Source of the DNA: Actinomycetota bacterium
Lineage (GTDB): Bacteria > Actinomycetota > Actinomycetes > Mycobacteriales > Mycobacteriaceae
Direction of reading: 5' to 3'
Assembly (NCBI GenBank): GCA_018268465.1
Contig: JAFDWN010000003.1
Coordinates: forward strand, 43,653 to 75,652
Length of the DNA stretch: 32,000 bases
Both the position numbers and the translations under genes were made by a program. This document shows positions 23,332 to 31,335 of the stretch, one piece after another (the first letter of the stretch is position 1; each line of letters opens with the position of its first letter). Below the pieces are notes generated by a model. That model searched no databases. It was given only the letters and a program-made list of their open reading frames with translations, and was not told where the DNA came from.

Positions 23332-24003
23332 ATGATGTCCGCGCGCCGGGCGGCAGTGATCGTGGATTACCAGAACGTCCACCTACGAGGGCATGAGCGA
23401 TTCTGTCGTGAACGGCCATTGCACGAGTGCCTGATTTTGCCGGGAGCCTTCGCGCGACGACTGCTCGCCGTGCGCGCTGCCGCCGGCCGCGGCAAAGCGG
23501 AACTCGTTGATGTGCAGGTGTTCCGCGGGCTGCCCGAGCCCGAATACGACCTCGCTGGCTATCAGCGTAACCTTGCCCAACAAAGTGAATGGGAGACCGA
23601 CCCGCTTGTCACGGTGACCTACCTCCCGCTGCGTTATCGCGTGGTGCAGCAGCGCTACAGCACTGGACCCGGTCCCGCGCTGCAATCGGAGGTGGAAGCG
23701 CGCGAAAAGGGCATCGACGTCCTCTGTGCGCTGGCGGTTGTCTCCGCCGCGGAGAGTGATGCGATTGATCTGGTCATCATCGCCAGTCATGACAGTGACC
23801 TCGATCCGGCGGTGGCGGCCGTTCAGCGCTCACATCGCGCAGAAGTGGAGGCTTTTCAGTGGATCGGTGGCCGGGCGCCCGACAATGGCCGGTTGCGCGG
23901 CGACGGGCGTCTGTGGTGCACACGACTTGGTGAGCGCGATTTCGCTGCGTGCGGCGATAGCCGCGATTACAGTGCGCCACAGCAGATCCGGTGGGCGGGC
24001 TGA
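23332..24003 (+). CDS. NYN-domain (LabA/DUF88-like) putative ribonuclease
   Basis: GAGGAGGG precedes the ATG. AAVIVDYQNVHL...EKGIDVLCALAVV...DLVIIASHDSDLDPAV matches the NYN acidic-residue pattern. Confidence 0.75.
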   Translation: MMSARRAAVIVDYQNVHLRGHERFCRERPLHECLILPGAFARRLLAVRAAAGRGKAELVDVQVFRGLPEPEYDLAGYQRNLAQQSEWETDPLVTVTYLPLRYRVVQQRYSTGPGPALQSEVEAREKGIDVLCALAVVSAAESDAIDLVIIASHDSDLDPAVAAVQRSHRAEVEAFQWIGGRAPDNGRLRGDGRLWCTRLGERDFAACGDSRDYSAPQQIRWAG

Positions 24004-24024
24004 ATCGGGGTCTGTGCGCGAGTT

Positions 24025-25047
24025 CTACGGGCGGCGCGGGGCGCTGCGGTAGTAGTCGGCGATCGGTGTTCCATCCCGGGTGTGGGGGCGGACCCAGACC
24101 TGGCCGGGCCGGTGCGGGGCGTGATCAGGTGGTCGCCATGCGGATGCGCCGTGGTCCCAGATGTGTTCGGGTGCAACGCTGCCGGAGAGAACGGGTTGTA
24201 GCCAGGCGTTGACGACTTCGGCGGCGGTGGCGGCGGCGCGCAGGGGTGCGGGCAGGGTAGTGGCGGCGGCGGTGCGGGCGTAGCCGGCGTCCCAGCCTGA
24301 TGGGATCTGGATCCGGTCCGGCGGGGGCTGGTCACGGGTTGTGGCGCGGGCGGCAAGTGCAGAGTGCAGGGCGGCGGCGCTGACGTCGACGGATTGGGCG
24401 TAGAGGGCGAGATCGACGAGGTCTCGGTAGCGGTTGGCGGAACGGTCTTTGTCGTCGCGGTACATGACGCCGACGACCTTGTCGGCGATCTGGCTGGCCA
24501 GGGGGAACAGTGGGACCGACGGCAGGGGAGGTAGTCCTCGTACGCCGGGTACGGCAGGGTGCATCTGCTGGTGTTCGATATCGCTGACGAGGATGGTGTC
24601 GGCGGCGACGTCGAGGCCGAAGGTGGCGGCGCGGTCGGTTGAAATGGTGGCGGTGATTCGCAGCTTGGTGCCGCGTACCGCGCCGGTGAACGGCTTTCCC
24701 GTGTCGACGGTGTAGATGAAGGGGTCGGCGTCGTGGGCGCCGGTGGCGGTTGATAATGCCTGCTGGACGGCGTGGGGTTCGCCGAGGTCGGGAGTGAGCG
24801 TGGTCAGGTCGAGATCACGGGTAGCGCGGGCTCCGGGCATCCTGATGAGCATCCCCGTGCCGCCGGCAACGACCCACGGGGTGCTGGCGGTGTCGGTGAA
24901 CAGCCGGGCGATGAATCTCTGGATCACGAACTGCCGGATGAGTTCCTGGGAGGAGTGTGTGTGGTCGGTGCGCGAGTGCTGGGTGGCGCGAGTCCGCAGT
25001 GCGACCCAGAAGGCGCGTTCGGAGCGGTAGTCGCTGGACCAGCTCAT
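24025..25047 (-). CDS. abiEii: AbiEii/AbiGii-family nucleotidyltransferase toxin (type IV TA / abortive infection)
   Basis: LIRQFVIQRFIARL...WVVAGGTGMLIRMPGARATRDLDL is the nucleotidyltransferase motif. ATGA overlap with the upstream AbiEi gene. Confidence 0.8.
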   Translation of the reverse strand: MSWSSDYRSERAFWVALRTRATQHSRTDHTHSSQELIRQFVIQRFIARLFTDTASTPWVVAGGTGMLIRMPGARATRDLDLTTLTPDLGEPHAVQQALSTATGAHDADPFIYTVDTGKPFTGAVRGTKLRITATISTDRAATFGLDVAADTILVSDIEHQQMHPAVPGVRGLPPLPSVPLFPLASQIADKVVGVMYRDDKDRSANRYRDLVDLALYAQSVDVSAAALHSALAARATTRDQPPPDRIQIPSGWDAGYARTAAATTLPAPLRAAATAAEVVNAWLQPVLSGSVAPEHIWDHGASAWRPPDHAPHRPGQVWVRPHTRDGTPIADYYRSAPRRP

Positions 25048-25754
25048 CGTCGGCTGGCGAATAGCAGCTCGTTGGCCTCGGCGAGGGTTTCGGGTGCGCC
25101 GACGACGGACAGTGCGTGCAGGATGGTGTCTCGGCCGTGGTTGTCGGTGAGCGGGTCGAGGGCGGCGCTGATGGCGGCCATGTCGGCTGCAGCGCTCATC
25201 AGGGCATCGGTGAGGATGTCGCCGAGGTGGCCGGCGTCGATGCCGTCGCTGTAGAGGTCGGCGACGGTTTGGGCGATGGTTGTCACGGGCAGGCCGGCCA
25301 CAACCTGGAAGGTGGTGTGCTCGGCGACGCGGAAGCGGACGAGGGGATTGTTGCTACGTCGTGGGGCGGCCACGGTGAAGTCTAGGTGGTCAGGGTGCAG
25401 GCTGCCCAGGCCGTGGACGTAATGTGCTGCGGCCAGACGGGAAATGATGGCGTCGGTGCCGCCGGTGTGCAGGCGGCGTAGTCGTTCGCCGGCGAACGAC
25501 TCTGGATCCAGTGCCAGCCATAGTGCCCGGAGGGTGTCGAGGGTGATGTCCTCGGGTGTGCCGGCGAAGCGGTAGACGCCGCGGGTGTCGGTGTGGTGGA
25601 TGCGTCCGGCCGCTGTCAGCTGGGTGAGGCGTTTGCGGGTGAGGCCCAGGCGGGTCGCCTGAGCAGCAGTGAACATGCCCCACTGGCCGGCCGCTTCGAT
25701 CGCGAGGTCGGCTTCGGCAGCGCTACTCCCCATGGCTCCCGATAATACCCACAT
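25044..25754 (-). CDS. abiEi: AbiEi-family antitoxin / transcriptional regulator
   Basis: N-terminal winged-helix-like GMFTAAQATRLGLTRKRLTQLTAAGRIHHTDTRGVYRFAG. The pairing and overlap with AbiEii support the call. Start could be the ATG at 25733. Confidence 0.75.
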   Translation of the reverse strand: MWVLSGAMGSSAAEADLAIEAAGQWGMFTAAQATRLGLTRKRLTQLTAAGRIHHTDTRGVYRFAGTPEDITLDTLRALWLALDPESFAGERLRRLHTGGTDAIISRLAAAHYVHGLGSLHPDHLDFTVAAPRRSNNPLVRFRVAEHTTFQVVAGLPVTTIAQTVADLYSDGIDAGHLGDILTDALMSAAADMAAISAALDPLTDNHGRDTILHALSVVGAPETLAEANELLFASRR

Positions 25755-25819
25755 GAGGGGTTAAACGGAATGCTCGATGATAGTTGGGTGGTGTGACAAG
25801 TCGCTTGCTGCCGGGGCTG

Positions 25820-25855
25820 ATATCTCAAAGTATCGCCCGTGCTCATTGCTTTGAG
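25820..25855. repeat. 36-bp direct repeat, copy 1 (upstream of abiEi)
   Basis: ATATCTCAAAGTATCGCccgTGCTCATTGCTTTGAG. It contains the inverted 7-mers CTCAAAG/CTTTGAG. Matches the copy at 26857-26892 at 33 of 36 positions. Confidence 0.8.
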
Positions 25856-25919
25856 TCGTGACAACCGGCCGCATTGGGGGATTCGGGCAGCTCGTCGGTT
25901 CGGTGGATGAAGGCGAGGT

Positions 25920-26858
25920 TTATCGGGGTCCGTTGGCGCGCGGGTCCGGCACCCAGGTGCCGGGCACCAACTCTGTGTAGCCCGATGGCCCCAGCTGTCC
26001 GGCGGGAACTTGGACGATCTTGCGCAGGTCGATCGGCGACTGCGGTGGACCCGGATCAGGGGTGACGACGAGAGAGTTTGGGCTGGGAATCCAGGTGCCC
26101 GAGCCCGGGACGAGTTCGTCGTAGCCGTACGGTCCCAGCTGGCCTGGCGTCAGATGGACGACGCGGCTGAGGTCGATCGGGCTCGTAGTCGGCGCCCGGT
26201 CCACTCCGACCGGGAAGCTGTGGGGATCGGGCACCCACACCCCGGAGTTCGGCGCGAGCTCCATGTAGCCGTGGGGCCCTAGGGCGCCTGGCTGGAGAGT
26301 CACGATGTCGTCAGACCCCAGCCAGTACTTGCGCGGATCGTCGGTCTGCGGGCGTTGCGGCAGTTCGGTGAAATCAACCGCCTGGATGGTGGGGTCGGTG
26401 GAGCCGCCAGTGAGTTCGGTGGTGTGGGTCTGGAGTTGTTGTGCGGCGCTTTGGTACTGGCTTGCGGTGTGTTCGACGATGTGGGCGGCTTCGTTGATGC
26501 GTTGCTGGCCGGCTTGTAGGAGGGCGGCCTGGCCTTGGGCGGTCGTCGGGGTGAAGGTGCTTTTGTCTTGTTGCCAGGCGGTTTCGACGGCGGTGAGGTT
26601 GTCGCGCGCGTTTTGTCCGATGGTGTTGGCGGTGGCGATGGTGGTGGTGGCGTTGTGATGGGTGCTGCGGAGTTGGTCGCGCTGGGTGTCGAGGCTGGTG
26701 CTGGTGGAGGCGGCCTGGGCGCTGGAGTCGCCGTCCCAGCTGGCTGGGTGTTGGGCGGCGAGGTTGGGTTCACCGAGGGTGGTGGGTTGGGGGTCTGGTG
26801 GGGTGGAGGCGCCCAGCAGTTGGCGCGCTTGCTGCAAGAGGGCGTCAACGGGGTCCAT
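25920..26858 (-). CDS. WXG-like helical N-domain protein with three C-terminal tandem repeats (candidate T7SS substrate)
   Basis: HPASWDGDSSAQ (a W-x-G) lies between Q/A/T-rich helical stretches. The C-terminus carries 3 repeats of about 33 aa: (I)DLxxIVxxxPGQLGPxGYxELVPGSGxWxPDP. The gene abuts ESX genes. Confidence 0.7.
   Translation of the reverse strand: MDPVDALLQQARQLLGASTPPDPQPTTLGEPNLAAQHPASWDGDSSAQAASTSTSLDTQRDQLRSTHHNATTTIATANTIGQNARDNLTAVETAWQQDKSTFTPTTAQGQAALLQAGQQRINEAAHIVEHTASQYQSAAQQLQTHTTELTGGSTDPTIQAVDFTELPQRPQTDDPRKYWLGSDDIVTLQPGALGPHGYMELAPNSGVWVPDPHSFPVGVDRAPTTSPIDLSRVVHLTPGQLGPYGYDELVPGSGTWIPSPNSLVVTPDPGPPQSPIDLRKIVQVPAGQLGPSGYTELVPGTWVPDPRANGPR
25941..26318 (-). repeat. 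three in-frame coding tandem repeats (about 33-35 codons each)
   Basis: DDIVTLQPGALGPHGYMELAPNSGVWVPDPH / IDLSRVVHLTPGQLGPYGYDELVPGSGTWIPSPN / IDLRKIVQVPAGQLGPSGYTELVPGTWVPDPR. Confidence 0.8.
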
Positions 26859-26892
26859 ATCTCAAAGTATCGCGCATGCTCATTGCTTTGAG
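26857..26892. repeat. 36-bp direct repeat, copy 2 (abuts the start codon of the WXG-like gene)
   Basis: ATATCTCAAAGTATCGCgcaTGCTCATTGCTTTGAG. On the minus strand it reads ...GCGATACTTTGAGATATG, placing a TACTTT box 5 nt before the ATG. Confidence 0.8.
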
Positions 26893-26925
26893 GGCAACAG
26901 ATGGCCCTGCGGTTGGCGCGGTGAT

Positions 26926-27372
26926 TTACGCCGGCGTGCCGGGCGGTCGTGTCCGGACGCGTTCGAAGGCGTGCTGGTAGGTCTGTGGGCTCAGCTTGAG
27001 AGCTGCGGCGATGGTAGCCGCGTTGGTGTCGGACAGGGTGACTTCGCCACGTTCGATGGCGCCGATGGTGGTGGTGCTCAGGCCGGTTGCGGTGGCCAGC
27101 TGGGGTTGTGTCAGCCCACGCAAGACGCGCAGATCGCCGGGATATCGCTGGTTGGCGGGGATGTTGACGAAGGTGTCGACTGAGGCATTGAGAACTTTGG
27201 CGGCGCGGACGAGGACGTCGATCTGCGGGGTGACCCGGCCGGTTTCCCAGTTGTCGATGGTGGCGCGGCCGGTTCGAGCGAGGCGGGCCAAATCTTTGCG
27301 GCTGAGGCCGGCGGCCTCGCGGGCCTGGGAGAATGCGGAGGGGTCGAATCCGCGTAGGACGCGCCGGCTCAC
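26926..27372 (-). CDS. XRE-family regulator with two tandem Cro/C1-type HTH domains
   Basis: FSQAREAAGLSRKDLARLARTGRATIDNWETGRVTP and LRGLTQPQLATATGLSTTTIGAIERGEVT are two HTH_XRE units. GTG start. Transcribed divergently from the esp-like genes. Confidence 0.8.
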   Translation of the reverse strand: MSRRVLRGFDPSAFSQAREAAGLSRKDLARLARTGRATIDNWETGRVTPQIDVLVRAAKVLNASVDTFVNIPANQRYPGDLRVLRGLTQPQLATATGLSTTTIGAIERGEVTLSDTNAATIAAALKLSPQTYQHAFERVRTRPPGTPA

Positions 27373-27423
27373 GGGGCGGCCTGGGGGGAGGTTAGTGATC
27401 TGTGCTCACAGGGGCTGGCCGTC

Positions 27424-27497
27424 ATAGATTGGCAGTGTGACCGATGGCGCCCCATACAGACACATGTTAGCGTAGTACATTAGCGGTATAGATTGGC
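27424..27497. promoter_or_regulatory. two direct ATAGATTGGC repeats in the divergent intergenic region
   Basis: ATAGATTGGC at 27424-27433 and at 27488-27497. Each contains TAGATT (TANNNT). The second lies 16 nt upstream of the GAGGGGAGGGA SD. Confidence 0.4.
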
Positions 27498-27518
27498 GAG
27501 CAAAGAGGGGAGGGAAGC

Positions 27519-27947
27519 GTGTCAAACGTCTTGGCGGCGGTTGCTGAGCAATCCGCAGTGAGTGGTCGCAGGCCTGTTGAAAACCCCTATAGGCTGAAAG
27601 ATCATTACCGCATGAGTTCAGAGCGCATTTCCGTTGATCCCGCATCGCTGCGGACCGCCGCCGATGGCAACGCCGTGGCGGCGTCCCAGCTCGATGACTA
27701 CAGCAGCGCGTGCAAACAGTGGATCGTCGACGTCGAGCAGGAATTCCTGCGCTGCCATGGGCCGATCGCTGCCCCGGTGGGCACCGCTATGCGGGCCTTC
27801 TTCACCGGAGTCGGCGATCAGGCAACCGGCGCCGGCGGTGAACATGCCGCAATGGGGCAGAACCTCACCAACGCGGCCGGCAGATACGAGGATGCCGACG
27901 ACGCAGGGGCTACTGCGGTGAACGCCGCGGCGGGTGGTGTGCTGTAA
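27519..27947 (+). CDS. EspC/EspF-like small ESX-associated secreted protein
   Basis: MSSERISVDPASLRTAA...CHGPIAAP...NAAGRYEDADDAG parallels my recollection of Mtb EspC (LTVQPERL...THGPYCS...KIYSEADEA), including a C-terminal YxxxD motif. GTG 27519 has a strong SD; ATG 27612 is an alternative start. Confidence 0.7.
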   Translation: MSNVLAAVAEQSAVSGRRPVENPYRLKDHYRMSSERISVDPASLRTAADGNAVAASQLDDYSSACKQWIVDVEQEFLRCHGPIAAPVGTAMRAFFTGVGDQATGAGGEHAAMGQNLTNAAGRYEDADDAGATAVNAAAGGVL

Positions 27948-29534
27948 GTGGCTGGTGTACGCGTCGACCCTGCCGAAGTGGGACCGCGGCTTTCTGCCGC
28001 CCTGTCGGCAGCGGCCGCGGCACTGAGCGCTCCGGCGGCCGTTCCGCCGCCACTACCGCCTGGCTCTGACCCGGTGTCCGTCGCGGCGACCAACCGTGTA
28101 GCTGTCAACGCCGCCAAGCTCAGCTCTCAGCTGGCAGCCGGTATCCCGCGGTTGGCCGAGGGCGGCCAAGCGGTGACCGCCGCCTTGACTGGCTATGTGG
28201 TGACCGACGCCGAAGGCGCCGCGAGCGTGGGCGGTCAGGGGACTCCAGCAGCGGCGGCCGCTGCCGTGACCCCGACCGACATCCCGACGCCCCCGGCCGT
28301 GACGATCCCCGACCTCCCTTTCGACATGCCGGCGGCGCTGGCCACTGTTCCGGCTGAACCCGACGTGGTCGACCTCGCCTTGCGTTCCGGCTCTGGTGAA
28401 AGTGGTCTCGAAGCGCACGCCGCGGGCTGGGACACCGCCGCTACCAACCTCAGCCAGGCCGCTCAATCGTTGCAGCAACTCGCCGGAGGGCTTCCCGCGT
28501 CGTGGCAAGGCCAGGATGCCGAGGCTTTGTCAGGAAGGCTGCAGGCTTTCGGGCGCTGGATGGAGAACTCGGCGACAGCTGCTGGCGCACAAGCTCATTC
28601 AGCACGACAGGTCGCCAGTCACTGGAGTACCGCTGTCGCCGACCATCCCCGCGCCGAGGACTACGAACGGTCGCGTCAGCTGTTCCTGGCAGCAGCGGCC
28701 AGAGCCAATGCGGGGGATCCCCGAGGCGCCCAGGAAGCCGCCGAACACGAGGGTGAGATGACCCAAATGAAGGAGGACTCGGCAAAGACGATGACCACCT
28801 TCGGGCAAAGTGCCGGGGGGACCAACGAGGATGTGGACCACCCAGGAGATTCCCCGCGCATCGGAGGAGACGGTGATCCCCACCTGCCACACCAGGGCGC
28901 AAAAGAGCTCGGGACGGTTGATGACCCGTTGTCCCAAGCAGCGGATCCGACAGCCAACCAGACCGGCCAGCTCGCCGGCCAGATGATGCAGACGTTGATG
29001 TCGATTCCCACGCAGGTGGCCAGCGCGATCGGTCAGTCCCTCGGCCAGGTCGGCCAGCAGATCCAACAAGCCGGACAGCAAGCCACACAGGCTGCCAGCC
29101 AAGCCGCGAGCCAACTAGGAAATGCCGGTTCACCATCGAGCGGTGCCGGTGGTGGATCGCCACGAAATCCATTGAGCAAGCTCGGTTCCGGAGGTGATCC
29201 TCTCGGCGGCCTCGGTGGCGGAGGTGGCGCCGGCGGGGGCGGCCGCACCATGCCCGCTGGCCTACCAGAGCAACCCGCCCCGTCGGCCCCCGCGCCACCA
29301 CCGGCCACCACCACCGCGGTGCCGACTGCCGCGGTTCCGCGCGGCGGCGGCACGCCTATGGGTGGCGGCATGATGCCGATGGGCATGATGCCCCACGGCA
29401 ACAAGGGAGCCGACGGCAAAGAGATCGACCGAAACCCCGAGTGGTTCCCCGACGAACCCTTGGTCAAAGACAGCGTCGAAGTGAGTGAACCGATCGCGGG
29501 CCAGCGCAAGCGCTCCCGGCCGACAGAAACGTAG
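27948..29534 (+). CDS. espB: EspB-like PE-PPE fusion-type ESX substrate (528 aa)
   Basis: PE-like N-terminus (VRVDPAEV...PPGSDPVSVAATN) ends in YVVTD (YxxxD). PPE-like part is HAAGWDTAATNLSQ...ASWQGQDAEA (WxG). Then Q/A/G/P-rich low complexity and C-terminal GGGMMPMGMMPHGNKG...QRKR, as in Mtb EspB. Confidence 0.7.
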   Translation: MAGVRVDPAEVGPRLSAALSAAAAALSAPAAVPPPLPPGSDPVSVAATNRVAVNAAKLSSQLAAGIPRLAEGGQAVTAALTGYVVTDAEGAASVGGQGTPAAAAAAVTPTDIPTPPAVTIPDLPFDMPAALATVPAEPDVVDLALRSGSGESGLEAHAAGWDTAATNLSQAAQSLQQLAGGLPASWQGQDAEALSGRLQAFGRWMENSATAAGAQAHSARQVASHWSTAVADHPRAEDYERSRQLFLAAAARANAGDPRGAQEAAEHEGEMTQMKEDSAKTMTTFGQSAGGTNEDVDHPGDSPRIGGDGDPHLPHQGAKELGTVDDPLSQAADPTANQTGQLAGQMMQTLMSIPTQVASAIGQSLGQVGQQIQQAGQQATQAASQAASQLGNAGSPSSGAGGGSPRNPLSKLGSGGDPLGGLGGGGGAGGGGRTMPAGLPEQPAPSAPAPPPATTTAVPTAAVPRGGGTPMGGGMMPMGMMPHGNKGADGKEIDRNPEWFPDEPLVKDSVEVSEPIAGQRKRSRPTET

Positions 29535-29545
29535 GGGGACGACGG

Positions 29546-29947
29546 GTGGCATATGATCCCGCGGTAGAACACTTCCTGGCCGAGAGTCAGCGCCTGAGCG
29601 ACGCAATCGGTGCAGTCGAAGACGCGGCATTCAATAACCTGCGGGTCCGGCGGGCAGCACCGAACGATCCGGACGTCATGCCCGAAGTCGACGGATGGGG
29701 CACAGTCACCGACGTCTACCTCGGTGAGGGTGTCACCCAGCGGTACAGTGCTGCCCAGCTCGGCGACGTCATCATGGCGGGGTTACACGAATGCTATGCG
29801 GTGCTCAACGACCGCCGCAGAGAAGCCGCCCGCGACGCAGCACCCGACCTGGATCCCGACCTGTGGTTCGGTCCAGCCGACACCACCACCACAGCTGCCG
29901 GCGCCTCCGACGATCACAGCGCTTCGGCCGAAAGGTCGCGCGCATGA
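29546..29947 (+). CDS. YbaB/EbfC-fold EspL-like protein
   Basis: PEVDGWGTVTDVYLGEGVTQRYSAAQLGDVIMAGLHECY fits the YbaB/EspL pattern. It sits directly downstream of the EspB-like gene, as espL does in Mtb. Confidence 0.6.
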   Translation: MAYDPAVEHFLAESQRLSDAIGAVEDAAFNNLRVRRAAPNDPDVMPEVDGWGTVTDVYLGEGVTQRYSAAQLGDVIMAGLHECYAVLNDRRREAARDAAPDLDPDLWFGPADTTTTAAGASDDHSASAERSRA

Positions 29948-31335
29948 CCGCGGCGATCATCACCCCGGCGGAACTGGTCAGCGAATGCCTCACCGGCGCC
30001 GCGCGCCGGCTACTGGGTGGGGTGCACTCGTTGACCTCCTCGCGGGTGATCGTCGTGCGTATCGACCCGCACTGGATCCGCGTGAAATTCTCCGCCGAAC
30101 CAGGGCGGCTGCCGGCCCCCTGGGAGCAGGACGACGAGCCGGGCTGGCTGCGCGCGCCGCGCGGCAGTGAGCCCGGACTGCGTGACTCCTCAGCAGATCC
30201 GGTCTTGGTTGTGGTCGGCGTCGGCGAACGCGAGGTCATCGCGGTCAACGCATTGGCCATCGACGAGATCGGTGTGCTGTGCCATGGCCGTGCAGAACTG
30301 ATCGATAGTTGGCTGCTGCAGGCGCAGATTCAAGGCGCCGAGGGGGACGAGCAGACACTGGCGGGCGCGCGGCTCAGTGAGAGCCCGGACGCGACGGTGG
30401 TCATCGCTGACCCGCTTGTCGACGGAGCTCAGCCCGGCTGGGTCGACGTACTCGCCGCCGGAACTTCTTGGCCTGTGCGTCCACTGCGGATCCCTGCAGT
30501 GGCAGCGGCCACGTCTGCCGGCCCAGAACCTGTCGCCCTCGCCGATGAGGCGGGCCGCCCGCACGATCGGGGGCAGGGGCCGGCAGTCCTGCCGGTGACA
30601 CCCACGGCCGCCGGGTATGCCGACGGCGGCGAACCAACCTCAGCGGCAGCTGACTCTTACTCAGTGCCAATCGAACCCAGACAAGGTCCGGCCGCTCAGA
30701 CCGCGGAGCCGCAGGCAGGGGACTCCGCCGGTGACGGCGGCGGTGCTCCCGACGGTGGGCAGATGACGGTGTTCGGTCGTTTCGAGGTCACTGACTCCGA
30801 TGGTGTTGCGCTGCAACCGATGCAGCAGCAGATCATCGGGGCGATCGCGCTGCTTCAGCCGATCCCCACAACGCACCTATGTGAGCTGCTCTACGGGCCG
30901 GAACGGCAGAAACAGAAGAGCTTTCACGTGGCGATGAGTAAAATCCGGCGACGAGGTGTGCAACCCGTGGCGACAGACGACGGTTACCGCATCGACCTCG
31001 ACAGCGACTGGGCCAGCTTCGTTGCGCTGGTGGGATCCGATCCAGTGACGTCGTCGACCGGGAATCTCGCGCGCGCAGCCGAACTCGTCACCGGGCCGCC
31101 GTTCGGCGCCGAGCCGCCGTCATGGGCCACTGAGGCGCTACCGGCGATGACGGCCCTGGTCGGGGACGTATGCCGCGAGCTTGCCGCCCGCCACGTCGAG
31201 CAACCCGACACGGCTTTGGCCTATGCGCGACGCGGGCTCGCTGCCGCGCCGGGGCACGAAGAGCTAGGTGAGATCGTGTCGATGCTCGCTAACGGTACGT
31301 GGCATCAGGATTCAGGCAGGGATGTGAGCGCGTGA
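29944..31335 (+). CDS. protein with C-terminal SARP-like winged-helix + BTAD-like domain (463 aa)
   Basis: ATGA overlap start. MTVFGRFEVTDSDGVALQPMQQQIIGAIALLQPIPTTHLCELLYGPERQKQKSFHVAMSKIRRRG...DDGYRIDLDSDWASFVAL resembles OmpR/SARP (EmbR/AfsR-type) DNA-binding domains. The N-terminal 150 aa and the P/A-rich linker are unknown. Confidence 0.6.
   Translation: MTAAIITPAELVSECLTGAARRLLGGVHSLTSSRVIVVRIDPHWIRVKFSAEPGRLPAPWEQDDEPGWLRAPRGSEPGLRDSSADPVLVVVGVGEREVIAVNALAIDEIGVLCHGRAELIDSWLLQAQIQGAEGDEQTLAGARLSESPDATVVIADPLVDGAQPGWVDVLAAGTSWPVRPLRIPAVAAATSAGPEPVALADEAGRPHDRGQGPAVLPVTPTAAGYADGGEPTSAAADSYSVPIEPRQGPAAQTAEPQAGDSAGDGGGAPDGGQMTVFGRFEVTDSDGVALQPMQQQIIGAIALLQPIPTTHLCELLYGPERQKQKSFHVAMSKIRRRGVQPVATDDGYRIDLDSDWASFVALVGSDPVTSSTGNLARAAELVTGPPFGAEPPSWATEALPAMTALVGDVCRELAARHVEQPDTALAYARRGLAAAPGHEELGEIVSMLANGTWHQDSGRDVSA

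Noticed and set aside
23195-23419. 74-aa minus-strand ORF coupled by GTGA to the 202-aa gene
   Set aside because: It overlaps the SD and the first about 29 codons of the NYN gene on the opposite strand. It is P/R/D-rich and there is not enough evidence to call it.
26300-26848. 182-aa P/T/S-rich ORF in an alternative frame of the WXG-like gene, and the plus-strand shadows at 26305-27183
   Set aside because: These are low-complexity out-of-frame translations. The 312-aa frame carries the WxG and the precise tandem repeats.
28053-29630. Several 110-283-aa minus-strand ORFs opposite the EspB-like gene
   Set aside because: They are shadows of the low-complexity G/A/P/Q-rich coding region. They have no motifs and their translations are R/G/P-dominated.
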